A DNA stretch of 64,000 nucleotides from Trichoplax adhaerens (Eukaryota > Animalia > Placozoa). The translations under genes and the position numbers were made by a program. Positions 13,938-28,732 of the stretch are shown one piece after another. The DNA lies in the NCBI RefSeq assembly GCF_000150275.1, contig NW_002060957.1:980445-1044444 (forward strand). The letters run 5' to 3'. Under the pieces are notes generated by a model. The model was not told the origin of the DNA and searched no databases. It saw nothing but the letters and a program-made list of their open reading frames with translations. Numbering within the stretch: position 1 is the stretch's first letter; every line of letters starts with the position of its first letter.

Positions 13938-15801
13938 TGCAGAATATAATGGTCGTTTAGAATATAACTTGAAAATTACTACTTAAAGCACGAAAAGATT
14001 TACCTTCAAATATTAGTATTTTATTAATTTATTCTTAATTCTTAAGTTCTTGAGCGATTAATACTGTAACAATTGAATTTTTTTACCTAGTTTTAAGGAT
14101 TATAGTATATTACAAGGTAAACTTGTACTATATTAGGGAATTATTATATCTGCTTAAAATAATCACCGCCTTATGAAGTAACTATGGTATCGGCAATCTT
14201 GATTTACGATAGTAATCTTTGAAAACTTAGAATCTTTGTTGTAACATACGTGCACGCAGCTCTTTTAATATGGACACGTATTAAAATTTCTAGCTCGTAC
14301 TAACACATAAAATGAATTGACTACCTTACCTAATGTCTGCGAAATCATTATCATATCATTTCCACACTCATCGAGATTGTGTTTTTGATCGCATATATTC
14401 GGCTAAACAATGAAATGTAGCTCATCGTAACCTTGAATACTAGTAATTTTTAAAAATTAACACCATGATTATTGCCGAGCATTTTACAAACGGAAAATTG
14501 CTATTCGCGCTTGTTATCAATTACGTGTTAAGTAGTAAATATTATTCGCACTATCATTTTTTGCTATGGGCTAATTACTTTACTTGCTATATCAACTGTA
14601 ACGTGGAAGTTTCTTAATCCTATTGGACAACATTTTATCTTTCAATTATATAAAATATAGTTGTATGGTTAAACTTGTAGGACTTATAGCAGTAGTGTAA
14701 TCAATGGCATAGTGGTGTAAATTTATACAGAGCATCAAAAAGGCACCATATAGAGGCTTTATCTCAACACGGATATTGGTAATATTTTTCTGTAGTTCAA
14801 AATTTTATGTAATTCCATTGTATTACGGTAGATTTGCCATATTCGAATTAAATGCTTGATAGATGCAGCTGCCCAAGTGTACAATACCTAGCTAGCACCC
14901 TACATCATATGATTTAATTGATTGAATTGCATTTTAAGAACGTCAGGACAATTTTATCACGCTTTTATTCGATTTCTTATGTTCATAGCATTTTCAGCAG
15001 CAGTGTTGCTGTTTTGGATTATTCAATTGTTAAAATAAATGAGTTATTTTAACAACGAGATTGCTCAAGTCTCTTGTTTTTTGCTTGATTACATAAACAT
15101 ATTAATGACATATTTTGTAGTTTCACAAGTAATTGTAATTATAATCTATTGGCAACCTTGCTGAAAACATTCATACTGCATGTTCACGTGAACTAGAGCA
15201 TTGACAATTGTACATTCGTGCTCGTTAGTCATCAGTTCATCATCTTATCTTAAAATTGAAACACTTTATGATGACTTACACCATTGCACTAAAAATGTAA
15301 TATTACATAAGATTGAAGGTAGAAGATCTAAATTATAAGTTATTAATTAATGATGGCGTGTAAGTAATCTCGTACCATTAAAAACTAAAAATGTAACACT
15401 TCTCGTACGCTTAATAGGAACGCGCTAAATGAAATATAACTATCTAAATTATTCGATAGGACAGTTCCTTCGATTCGCATACGTATGCATGCTCATGAAA
15501 GTAGTTACACAAAATGGACTGCCATATAATGAACATTAAGATTGATAAGGTATAGAGGACAACTTCGCATATACAGTACATATCGATATATACAGAATGA
15601 TTAGTTACATCAAACGAACAGTTATTTTCGGCATTTAAAAGCTAAGAACTGTTATGATGATTAACTAATCTGTCATACTGGCAAACGCAATATATGCAAT
15701 ACGCATAACGATTCAATTATAACTATCTGTATTATCGAAATGTTTTAATCACTATATCGTTAAAGAGGCCACTCTTACTGCATCATGTATTATTTATATA
15801 C

Positions 15802-18800
15802 TTATAATTCGTTCTTGTCTGGTTGGTGCTCCTCATCACTAACGTAATTAGATTCACCATTAATCAAGCCGACAGTATCACTCAACTCTTTCTCTACTTC
15901 TTCATGGCGAACATATTTGTAAAAGTGAGACATGATAACAAATATGACAAATATACATGCACTTAATCCAGCAAAGAAGAAAAATTCAGCAGCCTGAAAT
16001 GTATCAATGAAACGATCGATCATTATTGCGACATATGATATATAATATTAACTCGAATCATTAATTCAAATACAAATTTTACAAGGCACGCAATAAGATA
16101 ACATCATACAATCATATATATATATAAATTTATATAATACGCGGCTATAGATGGATTACCTGATCGGGAATAAATCTAGCTTCGGCAACAATAACAACGA
16201 TAAGGTTACCGAAAGCCACTGTTAATAACCAGCCAGCTTGAAGACATGATTTCATCGAAGCTGGAGCCTATCAAATCAATAAGTTGCTTAGATTTACAAT
16301 TAAATCAAAGGTATCTTTCCTATAACAATTTTAGAAACAGTAGCAATTATTTTTGTATAGCAGCTGCTTAAATTTTATCAAATGAATAATACAGTTGACA
16401 TAATTACCTGAGAATAAGCAAATTCTAAACCAGTTATAGAAAACATGACTTCTCCAGCAGTCATTACGATATATTGAGGTGCTTGCCATAGAATTGGTAT
16501 GGAATTAGGCTGGATATCAACATGATTAGTTACAACCACCTATAGTAAAATAGTAATAAGGTAAACAATAAAATAAATAGAACACTACGCATTATTGAAG
16601 GTAGTATCCAAGTATGGTAGCTTTTATTAATTGATTTGGTATTAACATACTTTATTCGGATCACTAACAGAAGGTTGAACATACACCGTATAAGCACCAT
16701 TGTTTCCGAATTCAACCGTAGGATTCTAAAATTAGATTAATCTTTAATACTTGCACTTCAATCGATTGTTTGTTTTCATAGGAGGAATAGATTATACTGA
16801 GCGTCTCATTAGATGTAAACATACCTTTGTGGGATTTGGGTTGCTTCCATCTTCATCTATAATTGAATACGAATACCTGAAATGATAATTAATGTATCAT
16901 GAAATTAATCAAAATAATGAAAGGAATATAAAAGTATTTAAAATTGGTTCATTTATTATTTATGCTTTTAAATCCTTTCCTGAACAATTGATATGACACC
17001 GTAATCACTTTATAAGCTCAAATGCTAATTTTATATCAATAGATATAATTTATCTTGTAGTACTTACGTATCATAATACACAACGGTATAATTGTAAACT
17101 TGCATAGGCTCTATGAAACTAATCTTATGTTGTTTCTTATTAGTTGCAGCAGTTAAGGTGAAATTTATTGATTTCTTCCAGGTATTAAAAATTCTGTCAT
17201 TGTCAAATCAAACTAGGTCATTACATCCGATTATACGCGTACCTACCTACTATCTAATGCATGAGTAAAAATGTAAAGATTGTACCTGATTATTGCACGA
17301 TCCGATTTAGGACGAGTTACATTCGCTTTTACCTAAAGATAGTTGAAATTAGTGCATTTAATCTATTATCTACTTGTCTTATTACAGTTAAAAATACAGT
17401 ATATAATTAATGGACTATTCATTCATCGATTACAAGGATTACCTTTTGAGAGAAAATTTGTTGATTCTGATAGCTTAATACATAGCTAGAAGAGGATTTA
17501 CTCAAATGCAATTGAAATTTCTTTTGTTTGAACAATGAACACGAATTATTTGCTGTCACTGTTAAGGTCATCGGTCCGGATGGTGCAGTGATGTAAGAAT
17601 TGCTCTATTTAACAAACGATCGATAGGAAATATAATTGTTGGTTTAAAAAAATAAAATAAGTATGTGATCTATCTATTACCTGGGTATAATTGAGATTTA
17701 ATGCTACACCAGCTTGCTTCTGAACAAAATTTAGATTACAAGGAATATTATTAACCAGACTAAATCGTGTAAGATTCCCTTCAGGATGAGTACGATCAAC
17801 ATCTAGGGCCTGCATGTGCATAGGAAGAAAGTTATCCACTACAATATTTATTTATTGAAAAGGGTCTTTACTGAAAATTGTTAAAATGTATAACTAACCT
17901 CTATCTGAAGTTGTAATAATCCAGCAATAACGAAAGCAAATGATGCAAATATTATACCAGTGCACATTCGCTGTAAAGGCCTACAATAGAATCAATAGCG
18001 AAAAAATATATGATTAATGTACTGGTATAAACTTCTCAAGCCATATACGCGTTAACTTTATTAACCTCATCGGTATCTTAAGTTTTCTTAACAAAGGGTA
18101 GATTAAGGACTCAAATACAGGAATTAGAATTATAATTAAAACGGGGTTTGCGGCCTACGTAATATGAATTTTAATATACTTTTTAGTATGTTTATTAAAC
18201 AGACTTTAGATTCATAATCAGAGCGGTTAGTGGTACAATATTTATTCGCTAAACCTGCATTTGATCTGGTTGCATTTTGCCTAAAGGGCCCTATATCAAG
18301 ATTTATGTTCAATAAAAAGAAAATAAATAATCAATTGGATATTACTCTACTATGCATCTGGATTATCTTACCAAGTTTCCGCTCATTTCTTCAGCTTGTA
18401 GTGTCCAGCGGGATCCCTATTGCAAATTAAATATTTGTGGAAGGTTATACATTATTGTAACATTGATTGCACAGCATCATGAATTGTTATACCTGTTGAT
18501 CAAATAATGTCCAAAATATTGGCAATGGGATAAACATTACCAGTACTCTTAGCATAGCTTTGATGTCTTCGAGTAGCTTAGGCTGTTGTTATTGTAATCA
18601 ATATAGTCGAAAATTAGTATCGTTCACATGCAAGAGTAAAAAATATCATAAAGGTACTTGATTAAACTAACACTAAATCTGTCTGAGGCTTTGTCTAGCC
18701 AATGATTTGCAGGAATATCACTTTTTCGATTTCCAATAGCATGCTAAAATGAATGTTACAAGCCTTAATTTAAGTATTGTCGACCTCACATTGATAAAAA

Positions 18801-20876
18801 TATAATTTATCTTTCAGCATGATTAGTTTGCCTTACACAAATAGCTTTGCAAACGTCAGCAAGTATGTTGCCAGTGGGAGGATTTCTTTTATAAAGAGGT
18901 CGACCCATCCAAAAGACAACTGCATAATTAGTGGAGAAATCATTTAGCGGTAACATTTATTTTATACATGTGTATATATAAGCATGTCTGCACTAACAAA
19001 AAGAACTGCATTACTGTACAGTAAATACATGCGTGTCTTTTTCATAAATATGATCCGTTAGTAAGGGTTTGATAATTGTTTCAAATTTACGATACCACAA
19101 TTCACTATGGAATTTTTCTGTAATTATTTTGCGGTACGCAATTGAGAGCAGAGATGCTATCATACAGCAACGATAACTTTACAAAGAGATACTTACATAT
19201 CGCGACTAGCATTAATATTGCAGGTATGCCAAAAGCTAATGCATAGCAATCACCATGGAAACAGTGAACATTGCCTAAGTGACATAATAGTTGTTAAAAA
19301 ATGTTGATGCCAAGAATAGAAATTGAACTTTTATGTAGACCTCTTAAGATTGGAGTAAAGATTGTTGACAGTACACTTCCGGCATTAATAGAAAAGTAGA
19401 AGATGGAGAAAAACCTTTCCAATAATTTGTGCTAGATACATATTTTAAAAAAAGAGATAAAATAAAGCAGATATCTAAAACAATATATGCATAACAGAGA
19501 AATTCAGATGTATAGAATGCGTAGAATTTGATCACTAAGGAATTAACAAAATTACTAGTAGTTGGATAGCATTTTCGTAGACTCTTATTACTGCATAATA
19601 ACAACTGACCTGATTAGGATTAATTTGATCCCCACCGAAGGCAGAAACGCAGGGTTTTATACCGCCTGTACCAAAGCCAATTAACATTAAACCGATAATA
19701 GGGCCAGCTCTACATCAATACAGATTATCTAGTGAGAATTGCTCGATAGTCACACTGCGTATATGAGGGAATAGAATATTGCACAGTTTAAAATTTATTG
19801 TGGATGATTATTATGCTAGTCTTACAATGATTTATGACTTAGAGGGGGAATTGCAGTCAACGTTACCACAGTATTTCCAATGGCGTATATCAAGGAAACG
19901 TATAAAATAGTCCTAAAATATGAGGAGTTGCAATAGAATAAAACAATCTATTTCAAGATAATAGCTTCCATATCACTACTGCGGCAAATTGAAATTTATA
20001 ACTTTACTATTGCCTGAAGTTGACGGTAAGATATTGATCAACAAATCCTTTTGATATGAGGAGAAACTTTACAGGCTAGCAGGCACTACCTAACTCCACT
20101 ATTCCATTTGTACTTGCTGTCATAGCACGTTACCTGTATTTGCCAAGCCAGCCATCAGCTAACATTGCTCCAAGTAAAGGAGTAAAGTAGCACAACATTA
20201 CAAAAGCATGATATAACGCGGTTGCGGTGTTTTTATCGAGTCCGTAAAAATTGGTAAAATAAAGGACCAAAATGGCTAAATATTGAAAGCAAATATTCGA
20301 TTAATTTAGTTCTTGGTAGAATACCTTCCATTGACTGTGACATATATATAATATTGCAGTAGTTGTATTTTATTTTAAATTTAAGAATGAAGATCAATTT
20401 CAGTCTATTTTCGAGGTAGTAATCAGAAAATGTCTATTTTTAAGGTTGATACTAGCATTTATACGATGCAGTATGTCATTATTCAATTATTTGGAAAATT
20501 GATGCCTACATTTATTATTGCACTAACCTCTCATGCCATAGTAAGAAAATCGTTCGCAGAATTCATTACCAACAATAAAGTAAATGCTTTTGGGAAGATC
20601 ACTAATACAAGATGTAAAGTTCTAAATAAAACAGAGTAAAAAAATGTCATGATGATTAATGCTCCAATCTAAAAGGGTAGCTGTACTTTGTCTTTGTCGG
20701 TCGTCATTACAACTTCATGCCTGAAGTCTGGATATCTAGCTCGATGTTAGATTGTTGGTTTTGAGTTTATACCGTACCTTAACTCTTCCCCAAGCTTTGC
20801 CGCTAATTTTCCTGTCTTCAACATCGGTACTTTGACCATCTGTTAAGACGGTCGATTTGTCTTCCTCTTCACTCAT
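15802..20876 (-). CDS. SLC15A1: Proton-coupled oligopeptide transporter, SLC15A1/A2 (PepT) type, 23 exons
   Basis: Spliced frame is intact from ATG 20876 to TAA 15802. It contains NEFCERFSYYGMR (ExxER motif), GTGGIKPCVSAFGGDQ, FYFSINAGS, FWTLFDQQGSRWTLQA and GLEFAYSQAPASMKS, plus the large extracellular domain between TM9 and TM10. Probably co-orthologous to vertebrate SLC15A1 and A2. Confidence 0.95.
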
Positions 20877-21049
20877 ATTGTAACCTTCGATTCTAAGCCA
20901 ATTGAAAAATAGAACATCGAGTCATTAATACATAGTATACTATCGATATCAAAAGACGATGATCAAAAGAGTAGTTGATAGCGAGTAATGGAGTCTTTCT
21001 AGAATACGATATTATTCAAAGTGCTGCATGATATATTAGAAATGCAATG

Positions 21050-21840
21050 GATTTCATATCTTGATGGTCTTGAACGCGTATTTCTTATTTATTGTGATTG
21101 TTGATTGGCTACTAGAAACGTAGACGGTCAAGGGAAATAATTTTAGAAAGTGGATCACTTTAAGGCGTATTTCTCATTTATTGTGATTGTTGGTGGGCTA
21201 CAAGAAACATCGGCAGTAAAGGGAACTAATTTTATAACTTGATCGTTCTAAAGGCGTTCTTCTTACTGATTGTGATTGTTGATTGGCTACTAGAAACGTA
21301 GACGGTCAAGGGAAATGATCTTAGAAGTTGATCACTTTAAAGTGTAGTTCTTATTCATTGTGATTGTTGGTGGGCTACAAGAAACGTCGGCAGTAAGGGG
21401 AACTAATTTTATAACTTGATCGTTTTGAAGGGATTCTTCTTACTTATTGTGATTGTTAGTTAGTGACTGGAAATGTAGACAGTAAAAGGAAGTAATTTTA
21501 CAACTTGATCGTTCTGAAGGCGTATGTCTTACTGATTGTCATTGTTGGTTCGCCACAAGAAACGCAGGTAGTAAAGCGAAATGATTTTACGACTTGATCG
21601 TTTTGAAGGCGTTCTTCTTACTGATCGTGATTGTTAGTTAGCGACTGGAAATGTAGACAGTAAAAGGAAGTAATTTTACAACTTGATCGTTCTGAAGGCG
21701 TATGTCTTACTGATTGTCATTGTTGGTTCGCTACAAGAAACGCAGGTAGTTAAGCGAAATGATTTTACAACTAGATCGTTTTGAAGGCTTCTTTCTCACT
21801 CATTGTGCTTGTTGGTTAGCTACAACAAACGCAGAGGAAG
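21050..21840. repeat. Tandem array, ~89-bp unit, ~9 copies, partly a 178-bp dimer
   Basis: Marker ttgtgattgtt (or variant) at ~21092, 21181, 21270, 21358, 21447, 21536, 21625, 21714, 21803. Confidence 0.9.
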
Positions 21841-22829
21841 ATCAACAATCTTTGATGATTTACACTAGAGACCCTTAAAGTCTCTTAAAGAGTCTCTAAA
21901 ATTGACAGCAGTACTTTATCAATATGATTGCCCTCTATTAAATTTCATTTTCTGAATCTATATCCAACTGCAATTCGAACGTTACTCGATTGCAGTGTAA
22001 TTCTGTCCATTCATGATCGTATTATGATTGAGTCAATGTTGGATAGGGCCGCGATAATAGTACAACAGTTAAGATTGGCTTGAAAATTGGAAGGGTTGTG
22101 ATCGTACTTTAAAGCATGGTTGAAGTAGACTATCATAAAAATGAGAAATGGATGATCGATCTCATCAAAGGAACAACCTCATTCATGCAGGGAATAAGGC
22201 CAAGCGTAGGAATAAAAACAAGCCGATGCATAGACGGGAAAGAATTTGCTTTTTTTTGAGTCAAATGGATGAAAAAAAACTGAAATTTGTATTTGTTTGC
22301 ATGCGTTGGAAATTGAAAATCAAGGTAGGATTGTGGTTGTTGACTATCCTCTACAATTTGTTTAGTGTGGAGAGAATTCAATGGTCAACTACTGTCGAGT
22401 TTATTGATGGACTACCAGAGTGTTGTTTGTTCGCTATGATCGTCCTTTATCGTTATGAGCAATGTTTGAATCCATTACGGTTGAATGGATGATCATTACT
22501 TTTGATATTGGTCCATCAATCCAATAAGCGATGGAACGAAGTGGAATACGACTTGTTTGGCTAGCTTGAAATGGCAGGTGGATCAATCAGCGTAATTTGG
22601 GGGTCCAAATTAGCATTGGCTTAATGAAGAGAGACTGTTCAATTTACTGGCCAAGACCGACCCTAACACACTCAAGCGCTGTTGTTCAATGACGGCAAGG
22701 AGGAAAGACCATGTAACCAGTTATCCTAATGAGAAAAAATGGGCTATTTCTCCCCTATAGATCATTCACCAATGCAATCAAGTAGTCGATCGGTTGTTGC
22801 TAGGCCTCTATTCACTGGAGTTGATAGGG

Positions 22830-23215
22830 AATAGAAAAGGTCAAAAGGAAGACGATCCTCCGGCAGCAATGGACGACGCTCAACGTCAACACCAATCAAT
22901 GGTTCAATCAAGTGGAAAATAGCCTTACACGATCAACCCTAATTGTCTTGGCTGTATTATACAGTCTTGGTCATAGCCATCAGGCTGTAAACGAAGACGA
23001 TGAAGGAATGGATGGAAGAGGATCGGTTATTTCTTGGCCTCTTTTTGGTAGGGAATGAAAAAGGTCAAAAGGAAGACGATGTTCAACATCAACACCAATC
23101 AATGGTTGGATCAAGTGGAAAATAGCCTTACACGATCAACTCAAGTTGTCTTGGCTGTATTATACAGTCTTGCTCATGGCCATAAGGCTTTAAACCAACA
23201 AGATGAAGGAATGGA
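22830..23215. repeat. Tandem duplication, ~210-bp unit, 2 copies
   Basis: aaaaggtcaaaaggaagacgat...caacaccaatcaatggtt...aatagccttacacgatcaac...gatgaaggaatggatg occurs twice. Confidence 0.8.
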
Positions 23216-23487
23216 TGTGGAATTGGTGTAGAATGGATGCAATTTGGTGTGGAATGGAAGCAATTTGGGGGCAAAATAGTTTCCTCTGTAGGCTGCTCCT
23301 TCTTCCCTTTTAGCTGGCGGTCTAGTGGTCCTTTCAAGTGTGCACAATAGTAGATGGATACCGCAATAGCGCCAGCGGTATCATGCGCAGTACAGATGGA
23401 CGACCGTCCACTTGTAGTAGTCTGATGGCAATTCCACTTTCTCTCTCTCTCTCTTCCTCTGCAAATCAATTCCATTTCCATCATTTG

Positions 23488-24150
23488 AAATGGAGAGAGA
23501 GACTTTCCCTCTATTCCAGATGGATATTCACTCAAATAGAGAGAGAAGCTTTCCCTCTATTCCCATTGGATATTCACTGAAAACGCTATTCAATCCGTAA
23601 AATCATACTTTGATTTGTTGCCCTGTTACAAGTCTGTATGCTGCAAACGTAATGACAAGTTGGCAGCAGAAAACTACCCTTGAAACGACAAGGTGATCAT
23701 GGCAGAAAGCATCTTTCTCTACAACAAATGGAGAGAGATGCTTTCTGTCTATTCCAGTTGGATTTTCATTGAAAACGCTATTCAATCAGTAAAATCATAC
23801 TTTGATTTGTTGTACTGCTGCAGATGTAGTGACAAGTTGGCAGCAGAAAACTAACCTTGAAACGACAAGGTGATCATGGCAGAAAGCATCTTTCTCTACA
23901 AGAAATGGAGAGAGATGCTTTCTGTCTATTCCAGTTGGATTTTCATTGAAAACGCTATTCAATCCGTAAAATTATACTTTGATTTGTTGTCCTACTGCAG
24001 ATGTAATGACAAATTGGCAGCAGGAAACTACCCATGTAACCACAAGGTTATCATGGCAGAAACCATCTTCCTCCACAAATCTTATTCTATATGAAGAAAT
24101 AGAGATGCTTTCTCTCTATTTCAGTTGCATGTTCACTGAAAACCCAACCC
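23488..24150. repeat. Tandem array, ~177-bp unit, ~3.5 copies
   Basis: aaatggagagagatgctttctgtctattccagttggattttcattgaaaacgctattcaatc at ~23726 and ~23903, with diverged flanking copies. Confidence 0.85.
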
Positions 24151-25089
24151 AATCTACAACAGGATATTGGGATAAGCTGCACTCTTACAAGTTGTCAACA
24201 GAAAACGATCTGTCAAACTACTAGGTTACAACAGCACAGTCTGCTAGAGAGCATCAGTCTCCCTCTCTCTCCATGACAGTACTTGCAAATCAATTCTTAT
24301 TGAATATGAAGATATTAAAAGATACGCTCTGACTATTCTAGTTCCATCTCATTAGAAAAGAATCATATTGAAATCCTGCAGGGTCTGCAATCCTATTTGG
24401 TTACAACACAAACGGCATTAACCTTGATACCATCCATAAAGTCAAGCCCTACAATGCCAGCAACCACCACGACTACGGACAACTAATGCTATCCTACATT
24501 GACATGGACAAACTGGCCATCAATAAAAAAAAAAGACATTCAAGAAATCAATAGACTATCGAGGTGAAATAGAGTAATCGAAAAAGGACATGGGCAGCGA
24601 ATGAAGTTTTGCGATCCAATTATCATCGCCGCTTTTATAATGATGAGGACTTGATCATGATTACTTTTAAATCGGCAAGTACTCCATGACCTTTATCCAT
24701 TAAAACTACTGTACCCTTTCGTAATAAGAAGTCATCGAAAGAAGGATAGCCAGAGTTTGGATCTGGCATGCTAAAAAAGTTTGTGAATACGACTGTATTA
24801 GAAAGACGGATCATGATAACAGTAACAGCTTGTAAAGCATTCTTGCAGGATAATGATGCGCTTATGATCATCATTATAAACGTACAAGTAACGGCGGTGA
24901 TTGTATCATGAACCAAGTAAAAAGTCTCAAGCTTTGATGGATGCCAACTTGATCGATGTGATTTTATCTCTCCAAACCCTCGAATTCAAAGCCGGTGTTA
25001 TTCTAGCAACACTATTAAGTAGCATGGACAAAAAGTCTTCACAGCAAGACCTTGGTCTACTACATACGGACAACTATTCAGAAAAGAGC

Positions 25090-26182
25090 GGATAGAAAGA
25101 AATTGTGAAAAACTAAATCCGACGTTTGATATTGTATCACTCTATCTCAATCAAGCCATGCCATAACAAATCATCCAAAAAGCACTTTCAAGCAATAGCT
25201 CTTTTGACAAGACCGAAATAAAGTGCAGATAGAGCAGATAGAAAGAAATCGTGAAAAATTAAATCCGACGTTTGATATTGTATCATTCTATCTCGATCAA
25301 GCCATGCCATAAGAAATCATCCAAAAAGCACTTTCAAGCAACAGCTCTTTGACAAGATCGAAAGAAAGTGCAGATAGCAAGAAATCGTGAAAAGTTGAAT
25401 CCGACGTTTGATATTGTATCATTCTATCTCAATCAAGCCATGCCATAAGAAATCATCCAAAAAGCACTTTCAAGCAACAGCTCTTTGACAAGATCGAAAG
25501 AAAGTGCAGATAGCAAGAAATCGTGAAAAGTTGAATCCGACGTTTGATATTGTATCATTCTATCTCAATCAAGCCATGCCATAAGAAATCATCCAAAAAG
25601 CACTTTCAAGCAACAGCTCTTTGACAAGATCGAAAGAAAGTGCAGATAGCAAGAAATCGTGAAAAGTTGAATCCGACGTTTGATATTGTATCATTCTATC
25701 TCAATCAAGCCATGCCATAACAAATCATCCAAAAAGCACTTTCGAGCAACAGCTCTTTGACAAGATAGCAAGAAATCGTGAAAAGTTGAATCCGACGTTT
25801 GATATTGTATCATTCTATCTCAATCAAGCCATTCCATAAGAAATCATCCAAAAAGCACTTTCAAGCAACAGCTCTTTTGACAAGACCGAAATAAAGTGCA
25901 GATAGAGCAGATAGAAAGAAATAGTGAAAAACTAAATCCGACGTTTGATATTGTATCATTCTATCTCAATCAAGCCATGCCATAACAAATCATCCAAAAA
26001 GCACTTTCAAGCAACAGCTCTTTGACAAGATCGAAAGAAAGTGCAGATAGAAAGAAATAGTGAAAAACTAAATCCGACGTTTGATATTGTATCATTCTAT
26101 CTCAATCAAGCCATGCCATAAGAAATCATCCAAAAAGCACTTTCGAGCAACAGCTCTCTGACAAGATCGAAATAAAGTGCAT
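25090..26182. repeat. Young tandem array, 136-bp unit (119 and 146-bp variants), 8 copies
   Basis: atccgacgtttgatattgtatca at 25117, 25263, 25399, 25535, 25671, 25790, 25936, 26072. Confidence 0.95.
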
Positions 26183-26825
26183 TCATCATCCATTCATTGC
26201 TAATTTTAATCACTCCTCCAATCGATTCATTATTGCCATCATCAAGTCCTAGCAAAGACTACGTCGTCCTTGAATGCGCGTATACTTCTACCCTACCACG
26301 ATCAAATCGTTCCAAGTCTGATTTATCCATGAATTATTGAACAGACCTAGAACTGCATCAATCTTGACTTGATGTGCAACGTATTTTCTTTCTTTACATT
26401 ACAAGGACGAGTTATCCATCACGGATTTATTCTATCGTACGGTTGAAGGATGCACACAGAGATAGTCCATTTCTAATCGTCATAAGCATATGGGGCCCCC
26501 TAAAGCTATTCAATGATGATGTTGCTCTATCATCTACTTTCGTACATTATCGTGCTCCTCGTTGGCAACCAGTGTTTATCATTTGTCCTATACTTTATGC
26601 CTAGATTGCTCACTCCAGCTAAGAGTAGAATGCAGAATGGGCATCATTTTGCTGATGGTCATAGGGCGCTGATGTCAACATCGCCCTAATAACAACCAAC
26701 ATGATTGCAGTTTATATCAATTAACGGGACGCTTACCGTTAACAAGTTTGTTGGTGATAATCCAAGATAGCGATGGCGCTTATCGTCAAATGGATGGATA
26801 TTGATCTAGGTACGAGTTGGTTGGA

Positions 26826-28682
26826 TTGGCAATAGTTTCAATCAATTCGCTAGGCCTGCTAGTACATTCTCCAATAGCGCAAAAGGTTGGAAAACTCAAG
26901 TGAATTCCACCTGATGATAATGGGTTGATTTTATTTTGACTTTATGTAAATAACCGGCGGGGAGGAGAATCAACTCATTACAATTCATGATATGCATCCT
27001 GTTATTCCTCTCTACACATAGACTATCGTCGATGCTGGTCTATAATGGCACTGTCATGATGATAGTGTATAATGTACATAAATCACAGTGGAGTCGATTG
27101 CTGGTGACATTAGGCATACTCGATCACTCTATATTAGGCAGCGATAGTCGAATAACCCTCTATGTCTTATGAGCAAGACAAGATGATAGCCAACCTTGTG
27201 TTGATTTACTTTTCAATCGACTATTCGTGATTCGATACTACCAATAACAAACACGATTTCAACGACAGTAAACATAAAAGTGCATCATGGTAGCACTTCT
27301 TATCATGACTAGCACCTACAGCGGTAGACTTTGCATACAACGATGGCTATACTATCCTTAAATAAAGCCAATTACAGTCATAGATTAACTCTACAATCTA
27401 GCAAGACACAATGAACGGCCAGAGGGCATGTTTATTAGCTTTGATAGACGATCGTAAAATCTTATTCGTGGTTAGATACTACGGATAACAAGAACAATTT
27501 CAACGACAGTAAACATAAAAGTGTATCATGTTAGCACTTCTTATCATGACTTGCACCTACAGCGGTAGACTTTGCATACCACGATGGCTATACTATTCTT
27601 AAATATAGCCAACTAGTCAACTACAGTAATAGATGAACTCTACAATCTAGCAAGACACAATGAATAGCCAGAGGGCATGTTTATTAGCTTTGATTGACTA
27701 TCGTAAAATCTTATTCGTGGTTAGATACTACGGATAACAAGAACGATTTCAACGACAGTAGACATAAAAGTGCATCATGATAGTACTTCTTATCATGACT
27801 TGCACCTACAGCGGTAGACTTTGCATACAACGATGGCTATACTATCCTTAAATATAGCCAACTACAGGAGTAGATGAACTCTACAATCTAGCAAGACACA
27901 ATGATAGCCAGAGGGCATGTTTATTAGCTTTGATAGACTATCGTAAAATCTTATTCGTGGTTAGATACTACGGTAATAAACATGATTTCAACGACACAAA
28001 CAGAAAAGTGCATCGGATGCATGATAGCATTTCGTATCGTGACTAGCACTTACAGAATAGAAGCAGCTACAGTAGTAGATTAACTCTACGATCTAGCAAA
28101 GATACAACGATAGCCAGAGGGCATATTTATTGGCTTTGATAGACTATCCTAAAACCTCAATTTTATCCATGGGTAGATACTACGGATAACAAACACGATT
28201 TTAAGGACAGAAAACACAAAAGTGCATCGGATGCATGATAGCACTTCTTATCATGACTAGCACCACTTTTTATTCTGGGTTGCTTTCCCACAACATATAT
28301 ATATATGTATATGCAGTCGAGTTTAACTATAACGACTGCGGTAATTCCTAGACGTTACTAGTCTATCGTACATAACATCTACGACTTAGCAAGACACGAT
28401 GATAGCCAAAGGACATGTTGATTAGCTCTGATAGTCTATCCTAAAGGCATATCCATGGTCAGATACTACGGATAAAAAAAGACAGTTTCAACTGCTGTAG
28501 ACAATCGAGCACATTATAGCACTTCTTATCATCACTACCTACCACCTACAGCAATAAACTAACGTATACAAGACACCATAATAGCCAAAGAACCTATTTA
28601 TTGGCTTGGATTGATTATGCCAATGCTTTCTGCAAAGCTAGTGCACNTGCGTTGTAACACTATACACGAGAGGGAGAAAAAA
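26826..28682. repeat. Copy 1 of a ~1.85-kb direct duplication; contains a ~240-bp tandem array
   Basis: Begins ttggcaatagtttcaatcaattcgctagg and ends gcgttgtaacacta...gagggagaaaaaa. Internal agcaagaca units at ~27172, 27400, 27649, 27890, 28095, 28388. Confidence 0.9.
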
Positions 28683-28732
28683 NNNNNNNNNNNNNNNNNN
28701 NNNNNNNNNNNNNNNNNNNNNNNNNNNNNNNN
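28683..28732. other. Assembly gap (50 N)
   Basis: Run of N. Confidence 1.

Noticed and set aside
23128-24224. ORFs of 60-135 aa across the 177-bp array
   Set aside because: Repeat-derived frames with no recognisable motifs, broken differently in each unit.
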